From assembly GCF_030684315.1 (NCBI RefSeq), contig NC_081396.1, positions 3,782,001 through 3,846,000 on the forward strand: a stretch of DNA of 64,000 bases. The letters run 5' to 3'. The position numbers were made by a program, and so were the translations under genes. The stretch is from Stegostoma tigrinum. Its lineage: Eukaryota. Positions 13,256-26,099 of the stretch are shown here, one piece after another. The notes beneath the pieces are model-generated. The model saw only the letters and a list, made by a program, of their open reading frames with translations, searched no databases and was not told where the DNA came from. Positions within the stretch are counted from its first letter, which is position 1; the number at the start of each line of letters is the position of its first letter.

Positions 13256-13561
13256 ATTTCTCCTTGTGGATAGAGTGTCTCAGTGGAGTTGGTAGATACT
13301 GATTGTTCACCACGCATTCAAATGTATCCCCACTCAGCCAGGCTTCAGTAGAAATATCTAACTTGCTGATCACACCTTCCGAATGCTCTCCGGACTGGTC
13401 AACAATCTCTGATTTCAGAGTCTTCTTGTCGTGCATCCAGGTGAAGTTGGCTTCAAAATGAAGGTTGTACACTATGCAGTTTAACGTCACCGTCGCCTCC
13501 AGTAAGACCTGTTCGACTGGTGGCGGTAGTATTTTAGCTGTGTAATCATGGCACTCTGAAA
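13256..13561 (-). CDS. IGHM: IgM CH3 exon
   Basis: caatgcag|TT TCA GAG TGC.. gives [51 protein letters not shown], then T|gtgagt; 306 nt, phase 1-1. Confidence 0.96.
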
Positions 13562-14809
13562 CTGCATTGGAACAGAAATCAGAATCAATGAAAAAATGCC
13601 TCTTGAGAAAGAAAACACCAGTATTCAGTCAATTGACTCACACTTTGAAGAAACCACCTTCGAGAGGGCAACTTCGAACTATTCCTGCAATGACACTACT
13701 TTTGTTCATATATTTTCATTTGTGAAAACATTGTTGATTATCTATGAAATGCTCTGTGTAATTACTACCAAAGAAAACGAGCTTTGCAACAAATGAATCC
13801 GGTGTAAATAAATAAAATCATCACTGAATCCACGATTTGACCCATGGACTAATTTCCTTTCAGATTTCTTGTCTCACTTCAGGGCAACTACTGATACATT
13901 TGTCAAAACTAATCTCCAATCAAAATAATGAATTTATTCTTTTCGTTTCATAAGGCATGTGTGGAAATGCTGGTGGTCATGGTGGGTGCCAAATCAATTA
14001 ACAATTTTAGCAAACCCGTAATCTAACTACTTAGTTTCTGATTCCTCGTGTAATTATGGATATTTTCCGATGTTACAGGAGTATTGAGCTTTCACGGAAA
14101 TTGTATTCAATGTAATTTAATGTCATGGAAATTAAGTTGCATTATTGGTGTGAGATCGTTCTCAAAAGTAGCTCGTGAAATATTATTCCTCGTGGGCCGA
14201 ATTTGCAGTAGGCCTTAAAAAGAGACAAAGAATACAGCCTTGGAAATACAGTAGGACACTCGTCCACTCAAGACTTCCCTCCACTACGCCCTCTTCAGCG
14301 AGACATTGATTGGGCTCTACTTCCACTTTATTTAGGGAACTACAATCTTAAATTTCTTCACAGAAAAAAAAAATCAAGTCGCGAGAGTTTAACATTGATG
14401 TGTGAACTCACCTGATATTTGCAGTGAAAAATTTCAACCTTCCACTACTCACTGCCTAAACATATCCATCCTGAAACAAGGCTAAAATACATTGGTTCTC
14501 ATCCTGATTCCATTCCTTCCAAATGCGGTATTCCCAACAGTACTAATTGTCCTGTCATTTCCACTAATTACAGGAAACGCCTAAAACATGCTCGATAAGA
14601 TCAAGTTTATAACTGTTAATCAAATTGTATTCTCAATTGGTCACTGTCTTAGTGCCATGATTAAAGTTAATGAGCCCTGTAACATGTTAAAAAAATCAAG
14701 CAAATGTTCCAGGTCAACGGGCAATGCCTAATCTTGGAACGAAATATTGAACACAATTTATTTTATTTTCAAATAATAGTCACTTAATACCTTACCATGT
14801 CATCTTCTG

Positions 14810-15170
14810 ACTACAAACAAAAAGATATCCGAGCATAACCAGAAGATTCAGTCAGTCAAGTCTCCTGTGCCTTTCGATCATGGCTAATATGTTTCTAAAA
14901 TGCATTCTCCCGCCTTCTCCCAGTACTAAGCACCAGCCAATGGAACTCTATGTTAAATATTCTCAATGACCGGACCTCCACAGCCCTCTGGGAATAGTCA
15001 CTCCCTTGCTAAAGATATTCCTCCTTGGTCCAGTTCTATATGGTCATCCCTTTGACTTTGAGGCTGTGTCTTCAGGCCCTTGTCAAACTTCTAGTTTAAA
15101 CATTTTCTCCACACCAAACCTATTTCAGTTTCTCAGTGCTTTCTAAGTTTCAGCGAGGTCTCTTCTCGAG
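14810..15170 (-). mobile_element. CR1-type LINE 3' fragment
   Basis: Reverse-oriented CR1 3' motifs (cattctcccgccttctcccc..acctccacagccctctg..gaggctgtgtc). Confidence 0.55.
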
Positions 15171-15490
15171 GGCTCCTCTCCCTACCATTCCTTTATCCTT
15201 GAACCCATAACCAGCAGTGGATTCTGTATTCACACTACCTCTCCAAGTATTGTCAAACGACAAATGAATCCAATTAACTATCATGTGTCATCAAAATAGT
15301 GGAAAGCATGATTCTCTGATTTGAATTAGGAGCAATGGTGATGGAAAACTCACAATGAAATGAGATACACCCTGCATGATCTCAGATTATGAATTGTCCC
15401 ATGCTGTTTACTGAGCTTGATATAGTAAGTGTATTGGATTTGCATCAGTGATCAGAATTAGGATTCTTTCTGTAGTAATGCATCTCTTAC

Positions 15491-15799
15491 CCTGTGGTCC
15501 AGTGATGTTTTGACGTTGAATAAGCCCTTCATGATCGACCTGACATGTATAGACTGCTCTGTTGAACCATTGACTATAAGGGACTCTCAGCTGACTGGTC
15601 GTTGAGAAGTTTCCGTTTGTTTCACACACGGCAGAAGTGAAGATACCAGATTTTACCTCTCCTCCATTCTTCAACCAAGTCACAGAGATTTTCTTTGGAT
15701 TGAAGTCAAAGATTGAACAGACGATGGTTGCAACTTTTCTGCTCTCGATTTCTTCAGTGGAACTCACAGTTACGAGAATAGTTGGATGGACATCACCAC
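15491..15799 (-). CDS. IGHM: IgM CH2 exon
   Basis: ttttctaaag|GT GGT GAT.. gives CGDVHPTILVTVSS..ATIVCSIFDFNPKKISVTWLKNG..QWFNRAVYTCQVDH..NITGPQ, then G|gtaaga; 309 nt. Confidence 0.96.
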
Positions 15800-15999
15800 C
15801 TTTAGAAAACAGATCGTGTGTATTATCTGATTTGAGAACAAATAATGTCAGTTCTTCTCTTTCAATGCTCATCGCGGTTAGTAGATACTTGATGAAACAT
15901 TACAAGGATACTATTTATGCAGAATACAGCAAAAGTTGTCATTCAGGCAGAAAGATCAGCAGGTTGATATCAAGGCCTAAAATTGGAAGAAACAAGTAC

Positions 16000-18090
16000 T
16001 AAATGTGGTCCAGAAATTATACATCGATTAAATCAATGCAAGTATTCCAACGAGTTGAAGAGATAACTGAGGAAATTAAGCAGTTGACATCACAGAGATA
16101 TGTTGAGAGAGGGGAACGGCACATTATTACTGGAGATGCAGCCTTCAGGTGAGTCACGGAAAGTTATGAAACAGAGGTGAGAGGTAGAGGAGGTGATGGT
16201 TTTTGTCGTAATATCGAGCAGTATGCCTTCCGTAGTAATGAGGAAAGAAATCGTAGATACCACCTCAAATAAAGGCATATGGAAACGACTTAAAAAACAA
16301 AATAAAGCAAAAAGCCTGCGAGGAGAGCAAGAAAGGCTCCTTGACAGGCCCGAGAGATATGAGTGCATATAGATCAGCAAATTGCCAGTCAAATATACAT
16401 AAATAGGGCAATGATTGTAAAGATTTCAACTTCCCCAATGTAGGCTGGTCATTCATCGCTTCAAGTGTCCAGAAGGAACAGATTTGTGAAATTGAGCTAT
16501 TGAAAATAATGCGTTGGAGGCTTTGCAAGCGAGGCCGAACCTAGACTTAACTGAAGGTAATGAGGCTGACAAAGTGCTTAATATATCAAGGGAGAAGCAT
16601 TTTGCAGAGATTGATCACAAATTCATTGGATTCAATATTGTTCTGCAAAGTGAGAGTAATAGGCCTGAACCCAAAATATGAAACATGTGAAGGTCAAACT
16701 TGTAATGATCGGGAACGATTTGACCAGAGTGAACTGAGAACGGACATTTAATTATAAACGTGAGTTGGAGCAGGAGGGTGCATTCAAGGAGGAAGTGCAA
16801 AGACTAAAAGGCTAACGTGTATCAACAAAGAAAGGACATGTGATGAAAAATGAAGTGAGCCCTGGACATCCAAAGCCATACTGGATTATCTCAAGACATT
16901 CAAAAAAAGCTTATGGCATGCGTCGAATGTTCAAAACAGTGGAAGCTCTCAAGACGTAAAGAATATGCAAAGGCCAAGTTTGAGAAGAGAAATTCAGAGA
17001 GAAACATGGAACATAAAATTCTATTGGCACAATATTGTAAAATATGTTTAATAAAAAAAAGAGCTGAGGTACAAGTTGATTAATGACAGAAGGATAACAA
17101 TGGAAACAATAAGGCTCATTAAGTGCAAGAGAAATATTATTTGCCTGGATTAACAGCGCGTCGGTTCTATTATAAATGAATACATTGTGTCGGAGTTCAC
17201 GATTAAAGTGAAGTTGCGGGTGTAGAAATGATGGAGAATAATTGTGATGTGTTTTAGGAAATCTGCATCAGATGAGTGGATGTTCTGTGTTGTATTATGG
17301 TTCGGATGAAATGTACCCAGGGCTGTTGACAGAGGAAAAGGAGGAAATGGTTTAGCTGATGGGAATAATTTTGAAGTCATATTTGGCCTCAGGGGATAGC
17401 CCAAATGGCTGTGGGTCAGTCAAAGTGGTATCACGGAGCAAAAGGGGCAAAATATAAACCACAGAATCGGTGGCAGTCAAACTCGGCACAGGCGCAGGAA
17501 AAATGTTGGAAGCAATTCCAATAAACGCAATTAATCTTCATTTGGAAGAGTTTAATTAAAAAAAACTTGGCAAATTTTATTGAGGTGTAGTCATATCGAA
17601 CGAACATGTCGGAATTTTTCAAAGACTGACAATATGGGTAGATGATAGAAAAACTAAGAGGCAATGGGATCTGAGGAAATTTAATTGCATCAAGAACTGG
17701 CTGAGTGTCAGGAATTGGAGGGTGATAGCCGTGGTGTGTTTTTGTGACTGGAGGTCGATGATTTGTGGTGGCCTGTGGGTTTCAGCATAAATATTGTTGC
17801 TGTTTGTGATGTGTACCAACAATTTAGGCTTTAATTTGGAAGATTTGACCAGACGTTTCGCAGATGGAATGAAAATTGTTGAGCTGTATGTATTGACCTA
17901 AAAAATTCTGCAGCATAGGAGATTTGAAAACGAAAAAGGTGACTCGATGGGCTGATCATGACAAACAGAAATCCTTCTGGGAAAGTGTGACGTGATGCAT
18001 GCATGCTGAAAATAAAATAAGGTTTGACATTGCAAGTAGTGGAATCCTGAGATGCGCGAGATTTCTGCATGCCTACCTCTTGCTTATAGC
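16000..18090 (+). mobile_element. Decayed CR1-type LINE ORF2 fragments
   Basis: Remnants such as gatttcaacttccccaatg, aactggctgagtgtcaggaattggagggtgatag and tttcgcagatggaatgaaaatt; boundaries approximate. Confidence 0.65.
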
Positions 18091-18109
18091 TCAGGGACTT
18101 GTCAAAAAG

Positions 18110-18530
18110 TCACAGAGTCGTAGATATGTACAGTTTGGGAACAGACACTTCAGTTTAACACGCCCATTGTGAACAGATATCCCATATAATCAGACAACGT
18201 TTGCCAGCATTTGCCACATTTCCCTCTCAAGCCTTCCGGTTCTTGTAGACATCCAGATAACTTTTAAATGTTGTAATTTTATTCCACCAGTTCCTCTGGC
18301 ACCTCACGTTGTTCACATTTCTCCCTTTGCGTGTCCCCTGCTAAATCTTGGCCTTCTCAACTTAAACCTTTGGCCTCTAAGCTTTGGACTCCCATATCCC
18401 AACGAAAACATATTGGCTGTTCACTATGTCCATATTCCTGTCAATTTTATAAACTTCTGTCAGGTCTCTAGTCTTCGACTCTCCAGGGAAATTAATCTCA
18501 TCATATTCAGCCTTTCTCTGTAGTTTAAAT
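18110..18530 (-). mobile_element. CR1-type LINE 3' fragment
   Basis: cacagagtcgtagatatgtacag.. tail and catccagataacttttaaatgttgtaat motif in reverse orientation. Confidence 0.6.
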
Positions 18531-18854
18531 ATTCCTCTCGTTTCGAGTGGAATGAATCATTCAGACAAGGGTGGAATTGGAGCTGAGTGCTTGAGAGTCA
18601 TGTTGAAGCTGCAACCCTAACAATATCAGAAGCTTTGAGACAAATACTTGCATTGTCAAATCAACAAGGCAATTGATCCTGTGTAAGTAAATTCTATCAG
18701 AATAGTTGTGTAGTTTTCTTAGATTGGTATTTAATAGATGGGACGAAGGTCATTCTCTCTTGTGCATTTATGATTCTGTGAAAAGTGCAAAGAATCATGC
18801 CCTATTCACATAAAACACACACACATCTGTTTACCTGCTTCCCACAACACTTAC

Positions 18855-19151
18855 ATGGCATTCCGGTGCTTGTGTCGGATCCACTGTGTCGAACCTCACA
18901 GATAATTTTTTCGCATTCTGCCTCTGACTCGGTGAGCACTAACTGACTGCTCAGGGTGTAAGTCCCCTTCTTGTTTCTCACCGATGGATATGTCATAAAT
19001 CCAGTCGGAATTGGCTCCCCACCTTTCTTCCAGGTCACTTTGGTGGTGTCAGGAGAATAGTCCATCGCCAAACAACCAAAAATCACAGAGCTGTCAGTGC
19101 TGTGGTGCCCACAGGAGGCGAGACCATAAAGTATCGGGGAAGACGGTGTCA
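18855..19151 (-). CDS. IGHM: IgM CH1 exon
   Basis: tctttcccag|TG ACA CCG.. gives [60 protein letters not shown], then T|gtaagt; 297 nt, phase 1 with JH. Confidence 0.97.
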
Positions 19152-19194
19152 CTGGGAAAGAATGCCAGATTAAGCAAGTTAGACTCTGTTAATT

Positions 19195-19500
19195 CATAGA
19201 ATCATTACAGTGTGCAAACAGACCATTCAATCCAACAGGTCTACACTGCTCGTCGGCACGGCATCCTATCCAGAACCATTTCCATCCCCGAAAATCCTGA
19301 AGTTCACATGGCTAATCCACCAAGTGTGCATCCCTCTGGGCACTGTGGGCAATTTTGAATGGTCATTCCAGCTCACCTGGACATCTTTGGACTGTGGGTG
19401 GGAATGGGAAAACCCTTTAGAAACATATGCAGATACGCTCAGAATGTGCAAATGCGCCACAGACAATTATCCGAGGTTGAAAGCGATCGCGGTTCTGATA
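19195..19500 (-). mobile_element. HE1-like V-SINE
   Basis: Reverse complement has tgtctgtggcgcatttgcacattct..cccacagtccaaagatgtccaggtgag..aaattgccc, the V-SINE core. Confidence 0.75.
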
Positions 19501-19716
19501 GCGACGTAAAATCAGCTTATTTTTGGTTCATGTTATTTGTTCAACTGTTATTTCGATCTCCAGAAACACGCCTTATACCTGCACCATTATGTTATCACGA
19601 AGGAATAAGAACACTCCAATCTCATCACAATTCAGTTTTGAAAGATTTTGCCAATTAGAAGATTGAAATTCATTAGGATTACGAGTGAATAGAGGAGACG
19701 TTAAACGAATTAAAAC

Positions 19717-19913
19717 NNNNNNNNNNNNNNNNNNNNNNNNNNNNNNNNNNNNNNNNNNNNNNNNNNNNNNNNNNNNNNNNNNNNNNNNNNNNNNNNNNNN
19801 NNNNNNNNNNNNNNNNNNNNNNNNNNNNNNNNNNNNNNNNNNNNNNNNNNNNNNNNNNNNNNNNNNNNNNNNNNNNNNNNNNNNNNNNNNNNNNNNNNNN
19901 NNNNNNNNNNNNN
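19717..19913. other. Assembly gap (197 N)
   Basis: Run of n. Confidence 1.
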
Positions 19914-20699
19914 CATAGTGAGAGGGTCAGAGAGACAGACAGATTTTCATTGTTCATTTACCAGGTCTACATTTCTCAATCAAGAAACTTGTGTGAATGA
20001 TCAATTGCCTTGTCCGTTCTATGATTGCTCTTGTGGAAGGAAGTTCACTGCAATTGATCATCTCATACTACCTCAGATTCGCCATGTGCCCAAAAAATTT
20101 TAAAGTGACTGAGCTTCAGAAGTGACTGTGTAAGTCGTACTTACAGGATTACAATAAAACAATCATGAAAAAAAAGATGATGAAGGAATATGAAGCGTCT
20201 TTCATGACTTGCTGGTTTGCGAGACTTGGAGTGAACCCTTTCCGACTGATCCCTGCCTGACATGATATAAATTTGATGTGTCTGAAAGGCTATTTGTTCT
20301 TTGCAAGCAAATAAATTTCAACTATTTCAACATTAAAGTAAAGTTTCCAGGGCAGTGGACAACATTAGAGTAACGTTTCCAGGACAGTGGTCAACACTGA
20401 CTTCTGAGTCCATGAATTGCCTTGAATTGAGAAACGAAATGGGTGAGGCAGGGCCCTTCTTATTGTCTGATGCTGCTATGGCGCAGAATCTTGACTGATA
20501 ATTCAATGTTCTTCCAATTTGAAAACCAGTTGGAAGACATAGATAACATAATGTTTGCAGTGGCTGCCCTCATGGGAGAGGCTTCAATGTGCATCACAAT
20601 GTAAGTAATAAAAGACAAATAGCTGCAGAGTGTGAAACAAAAAAGTGGTCCACACATTCGTTGATTATATTTGTACCTGTGATTCGAAATTGCTGTCAA

Positions 20700-21700
20700 C
20701 TGAAGCTATCTTTGCCCGTTGCTATTTAGCGATGGGGATGTGTGTACAGTTGTTTTCTTCCAACTTTATTGACCTTACAAAGCACATATTTACAGTTATG
20801 CTTGGACCGGAGTGGTAGGCCCAGAAATAACGTGAAAAAGCGGTAATATCGTTAAGCATAGAGATCAATTGCAGTTGGTTGCGTTGTCTTTCATTTGCTG
20901 CCCCGTCCTTCTTCGTGGGAGAGGTCCTGGGCTCGAAATTTGCTGGGGATGGAGTCTGGCCGAGTTTCGAGAGTCGAACCAGCAGAGAACCAACAACGGT
21001 CCCACTGTATTTGAAGTAAAGGATTGAATATTGCATTTGATAAATGGGATGCCAAACAAGTGCATTCGTTCGTGCTGAATGGTGCAAAGCTTCTTCAGCG
21101 CGACTGAAGCTTCACTCATTCAGAAAATTGGATAGTATCCCATCACACTCCTGCCTGGTGCCTTCTTGGTGAGTAGGCGTTTGGGGATAGCAGGTGAATT
21201 CCTTGCCGAAAATGTTTGGCCTCATACCTTTTCTTGGCACCATATCATTTGCATCGTAAATAATATTCATTTTTATTTTAAATGACAGCCCACAGTATGT
21301 TGATTATGTGGGATTCAGCAATGATAATAACATTACCGAGATAAATATTTAAAGTCAGTTTTCAGGGAGATGGAATATATTGGGCACAAATGCGTTGTGA
21401 AACTCATTTTCCATTGTCAATGCAAGTCAGAATATTTTCTCTTCGAAGAAGTTCGTTGCAGCAGTGTCAAAAGGATCAGAGGACACGAGCCGTGAGTATC
21501 TCTGTCACATTTGACATCATGCAAATTATCTGAAAGCTTAAACTGATAACGGGCGATTATCCGAATGCTGGAGGCCTCTGCAACTAAGTGCTCCTCCATT
21601 GAGAATCAGAGACCTTGGTGAACTATGGTCAGCTGCAATTTCCCCAGGAACGATTCAAAAAATTACCATGTGCGCTTTAACTTACAAATTGACACCGAAT
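20700..21700 (-). mobile_element. Old CR1/L2-superclade LINE 3' relic (family of 41.5-43.0 kb)
   Basis: Reverse complement resembles 42490-42920 (agaaggac..gggcagca, aatattaccgc, gaattcacctgc). Confidence 0.55.
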
Positions 21701-22404
21701 TCACTGCAAAACTCTAATTTCTCAGTCTGACCTCCACTCCCTCTCAATCTGTCCTGAACCTCCACTGACATTGACAACCCCCACACTGTCACAGATCCAT
21801 TCACTCTGGAATGCATGAGCGCCTTCACACAATTCCAAGATAATCATTTACTCAGCCGGATATGTACTCTCGATTCCTTACAATCCATTCCCATTCTGCC
21901 AATCTGCCCATTTATATCTGGCCCTGACAATACCTGTCACCATTGTGAAGACCCAACTCCCCAACACATGATTTCAAGGCCTTGATTATTTAACATTCAT
22001 CTTACCTAATCATCCTGAGAACATTGCATCTCACCGCTCATCTCATCCGTTTTTTACTGCCTGCCACTTTGCTAAACTGTGAGCTTTACATTGTGCATGA
22101 TGCCCTCCTGCCACTTCGCTGCTATAATCACAGACCACCCAAAACAGTCCCGCATACTGCTGACCTGTCTGGCACTTGAGACACCCACAATATTTCCACT
22201 AAAACGATCCCTCACCTTACAAGTACCACTCAGGCAAGCTGGTTCCTCGGAACCATAGTCATCTGCCTGGATTCTAAACTGCCCAGCTACATGCATGCCA
22301 GCTCATGCACCAGCCACCCAACACATCAAAGCCGAGCAGCTCAAACTCTTTTCCCTCACTGGCTCACCACCTGAGAACATCATTATTGCTCCATAATATG
22401 GCCA

Positions 22405-23330
22405 CAGAGTTATAGAGTCATACAGTGTTGAAACCGCCCCTTCAGTCCAAATCACCAATGCCGACAGCATTCACAAATTAAAGTAAACCCATTTGCCTCC
22501 ATTTGGTGCAAGTGTCTCTGAAGCTGCTCATGTACTTGCCGAAACGTCTTTTCAATGTGATAGCTGTACCTGCATCTACCACTTCCTCTGCCAGTTCATT
22601 CCACATACCTTCCACCCTCTGTTTGAAAAAGTTTCCACGGGTCCCGTTTAAAATTATCTCTCTCGACTTAAAACTATGGCATCGAGTTTTGATCTCCTCT
22701 GCAATGCAAAGAAAGGGTAACCTTTGCTGTTCACTTTATCTATTTCCCTCATGATTATGCAAACCTTTATAAACCCACATATCCCCCCTTTATAAATCTT
22801 CTAAAGTCACGAAATTAAAAGAAACATCCAGAGCAAACAACCTCTTTCCATCTCTCAAAACCTCAAGTCTCAGTTACATCCGGCAAATATTTTCTGTACT
22901 CTTTCTCAACTCCCAAGATTATTCGTGCAGCAGGGCAACAAAACCTTAACACTGTACTCCAAAAGTGGCCTCACTAATGTCGGGTACAGCAAATTGACGT
23001 TTTGATTCTTCTACTCAAAGCTCTAAACAATGAACACAAGCATGCCAAACGCTTTCATTACCACTCTATCGGTGACACCTCTTGCAAGGAACGATGTACC
23101 TGATCCCAAAGGTCCGTCTGTTTGACAACAATCCCCAGTGCCCGACAAGGAACTGTGTAATCCATGCACTGGTTTGTTTCATCAAAATACAACACCTCTC
23201 ATTCATCTCAGTTGAAGTCTGTCATTCCTCAGCCAATTGATCCTGCTAATCAAGATCCCTTTGAACATTTAGAAAATGCTCTTCATAGACCACTTTATGG
23301 CCAATTTTGTTGACATCAAAAACTTGCAAA
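22405..23330 (-). mobile_element. CR1-type LINE 3' portion
   Basis: acagagttatagagtcatacag tail; cctgcatctaccacttcctctg; gtactccaaaagtggcctcac; ccaattttgttgacatc. Confidence 0.75.
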
Positions 23331-26099
23331 ACATTCATTGTTTTCAAGTTTCATACCGAATATTGCGTCTTGTTCATATTTTCCCTCATAACCACGGTTG
23401 GCTTCAGTCCTTAAACAATGAATAAACTCCTTGAAAACTTTTCATGTTTTCGCCTCAAGCACTTTCTTTGGCCGAATATTCAAGAGGTTCACCACGCTCC
23501 AGTTGAACAGTAAACAAATGAGTAAAATTTTATGGTATGTTAGGAAGACTGTTGCACTCAAGAAATATCATGATCTCATGAAGGCACTAACATTCTCAAT
23601 GTGCCAACAGGCCTTCATCGGCTTCTAATTAGTATCCTCAGCTTTTCTTTTGGCAGCACGTCACAAAACTGTTGACGTTAAAGACAACGGATGCACAGGC
23701 AAGCAAGTGTTTCACTTGAACGTTTACCTCCAAATCACACTTAATTTCACTTGCAGATATTTCTGCCCCTTTCCGATTTCAGGACCACAATTTTTGAACT
23801 CACTTTCTAACAGAACTGTAGAGTCTACAAGTGCCACATGAAGTGTAGCTATTCAAGTAGGCTGATGACTACAAAGTTCTCAAGGAGATGTAAGAGTTCT
23901 GACACTTGCACGTCAGTCTAAAGACACAAATAACTACTGGAAGGATTGAAACAAATTTGAGGGACTTGCTAGGTGTCCATTCAGGGACCACGTGCCAAAG
24001 AGCTTCCTTCTGTGTGGTTTGACTATGTTTTCACTGAATTAACAGAACTGTCTCTACATTATTTAATGGAAATGAAGGTTTCCTCATTTTTAACATTGTA
24101 ACCATATATTACTGTTGCCTGGAATAAAGAAATACAATGTTTCATTTAAATGGTCTGTCGAACTTGATTGTGCTGTTCGAACTGGAAATTGTCAGAGATT
24201 TAAAGTTGATTCTCATGATACTATTCGTCCTGAAACCACGGCTGCATATTGGGTTCCACACTTTCAATGAATATCTGATACTAAATATCACTGAACATTC
24301 TTAATTTATCACGATTAATTTTCTCGATGAACAACTTAACTTGTTCCACCGACCATCGAGCATGTTTTAAATGAAATATCAATACAGACTGAATGTGAGA
24401 AGCCTGAAATAAAACCGCAAATTACTGAAAAATCTCAGTAGGTCTGACAAATTCTGTGGAGAGAAAACGAAAAGATAAATTTTCGAGCACTATTCTGCAA
24501 ATTATTTTCATGTTTTCTAGCACGGGAACACACATCAATTCAGTTCGGCTTTGAGTAAGTTTGTTTGGCTTCTGCTGGAAAACGGATTCTTCGGAGAGGT
24601 ATTGGACGAATTGAGATATAAACGAAAGGTTGGCTGAAAATCTGCCACCAATTGCTCTCAGCGTTGGATTCAGCGGAAACCTTATCCTCCTGAACAGTTA
24701 ATCTCTTCTGATTTGGTACATTGTTGGCTTGACACAAAATAAAACAGGCTCAACATTGTTACCGTAAGTATTCTTTGGACTCTATTAATATCAGGATTGT
24801 TATTAATATTATTGATAGAGGATTAAGTCAAAAACTGGAATTTCTGAGGGGAGTAACTGAATTAACTCCACTGGCATCACCCAAATCCCATGAGCAAATA
24901 TTGCTTTTGTTTAAATTAAATCGAACTCCTCCACTGGCCCACCGCCCGCCCCACCACCTAATCCCAGCTATTATGTCAGAAAGGGATTGAATCAGGACTC
25001 TATTTTTGGACTTCTTAAAACACCGACAGAAATTACAATTTTTTTATTTCTCTGATTTAACCCGTTTAGTGGTGATATTATGTACCTTTGTAACAGATTG
25101 AAATTGAACACGGGCCACATATCTCAAATTCAGGGACACCACCATTGCACTGCTAGAGTCCTGAATGTAATAAGCTCGACATTATCTCGGACAATACAGC
25201 CCACTTGTTTGACAGTACATAAACAATGTTATCTATTAACTCCTTTCAGCAACCAGGCATAGATACAGAGTCCTTCTGAATTAGACAATCTCAACAAGAG
25301 CTACTGGAATAAAACTTAATAAAACTGGAATTCCATCGCGATAATTCAGTGTCACCAAATTTTAATCCTGGGGAAGTCCCTTTCCAAAAGAATCATAGGT
25401 GTTACTGCACCATATTATCCGCTATAACTTAATAAAGAAAAATCTTTTGAAGAATATTTTGATCTTTAACAGTCACACTAACAGCCCACGATCGCGATTC
25501 CAAAAAGAAGATGCAAAATAAATTCTGATTCTACATTGTGCCACAGGGGTTGTCAGAAAGCTGAGGGAGGAATAAAATATACAACACGCTATTTCCACTG
25601 CCTCACTCAATCAATGAGTTAACTCAATCAAACAACTCCCAAGGAAGACACATCATTGCTAAAAATAGAAGATTTCAAGACTCTTGCAGTCATTTTGAAT
25701 TGTTCCTTCTGATTTTAGCGATTTGGTCAGGGTTTTCATTTCAGAGGCGCCAATCAAATGTTATTTTACAGGCAGATAAAAACATTTTTGAAGCAATAGA
25801 TGAAATTCAACTGCTTCAGATACAACAGAACGCACCAGACAATTTACAACGTTCAAGACCACTGATTCACTTTAATTTAGTTTTCATAAAAGAAACTAGT
25901 CAGAAGTAAGCAATAATGCGAATGGGAATGCGTTCAAATTGAACAGAGATTACATCCTCCTTTAATAAACTTCACGAATCATCATGATAAACCAAATTAT
26001 TAAGGTGAGAAATTTCACCAACTTGAGCAAAGCTCAAGAGGAAATAAACAATTGTCGAAATTAATCTTACATATTGTTAAAAAATTCTTTAAATTCAGA

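Noticed and set aside
15637-16002. Plus-strand ORFs antisense to CH2 (also over CH4 and CH1)
   Set aside because: Shadows of the real minus-strand exons; no independent motifs
19679-19957. ORFs containing X runs
   Set aside because: Artefacts of the N gap
20722-21087. 121-aa ORF in the J-C intron as an extra exon
   Set aside because: No Ig motifs; the DNA resembles the 3' end of the LINE family at 42.5-42.9 kb in reverse
21247-21526. Two perfect octamers (ATTTGCAT 21247, ATGCAAAT 21519) as the intronic enhancer
   Set aside because: They lie inside a LINE relic, and perfect octamers also occur at scattered unrelated sites in this AT-rich window; not excluded, but unsupported
24931-24965. 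GC-box stretch (cccaccgcccgccccacc) as an intronic promoter
   Set aside because: Isolated motif with no supporting exon or other evidence
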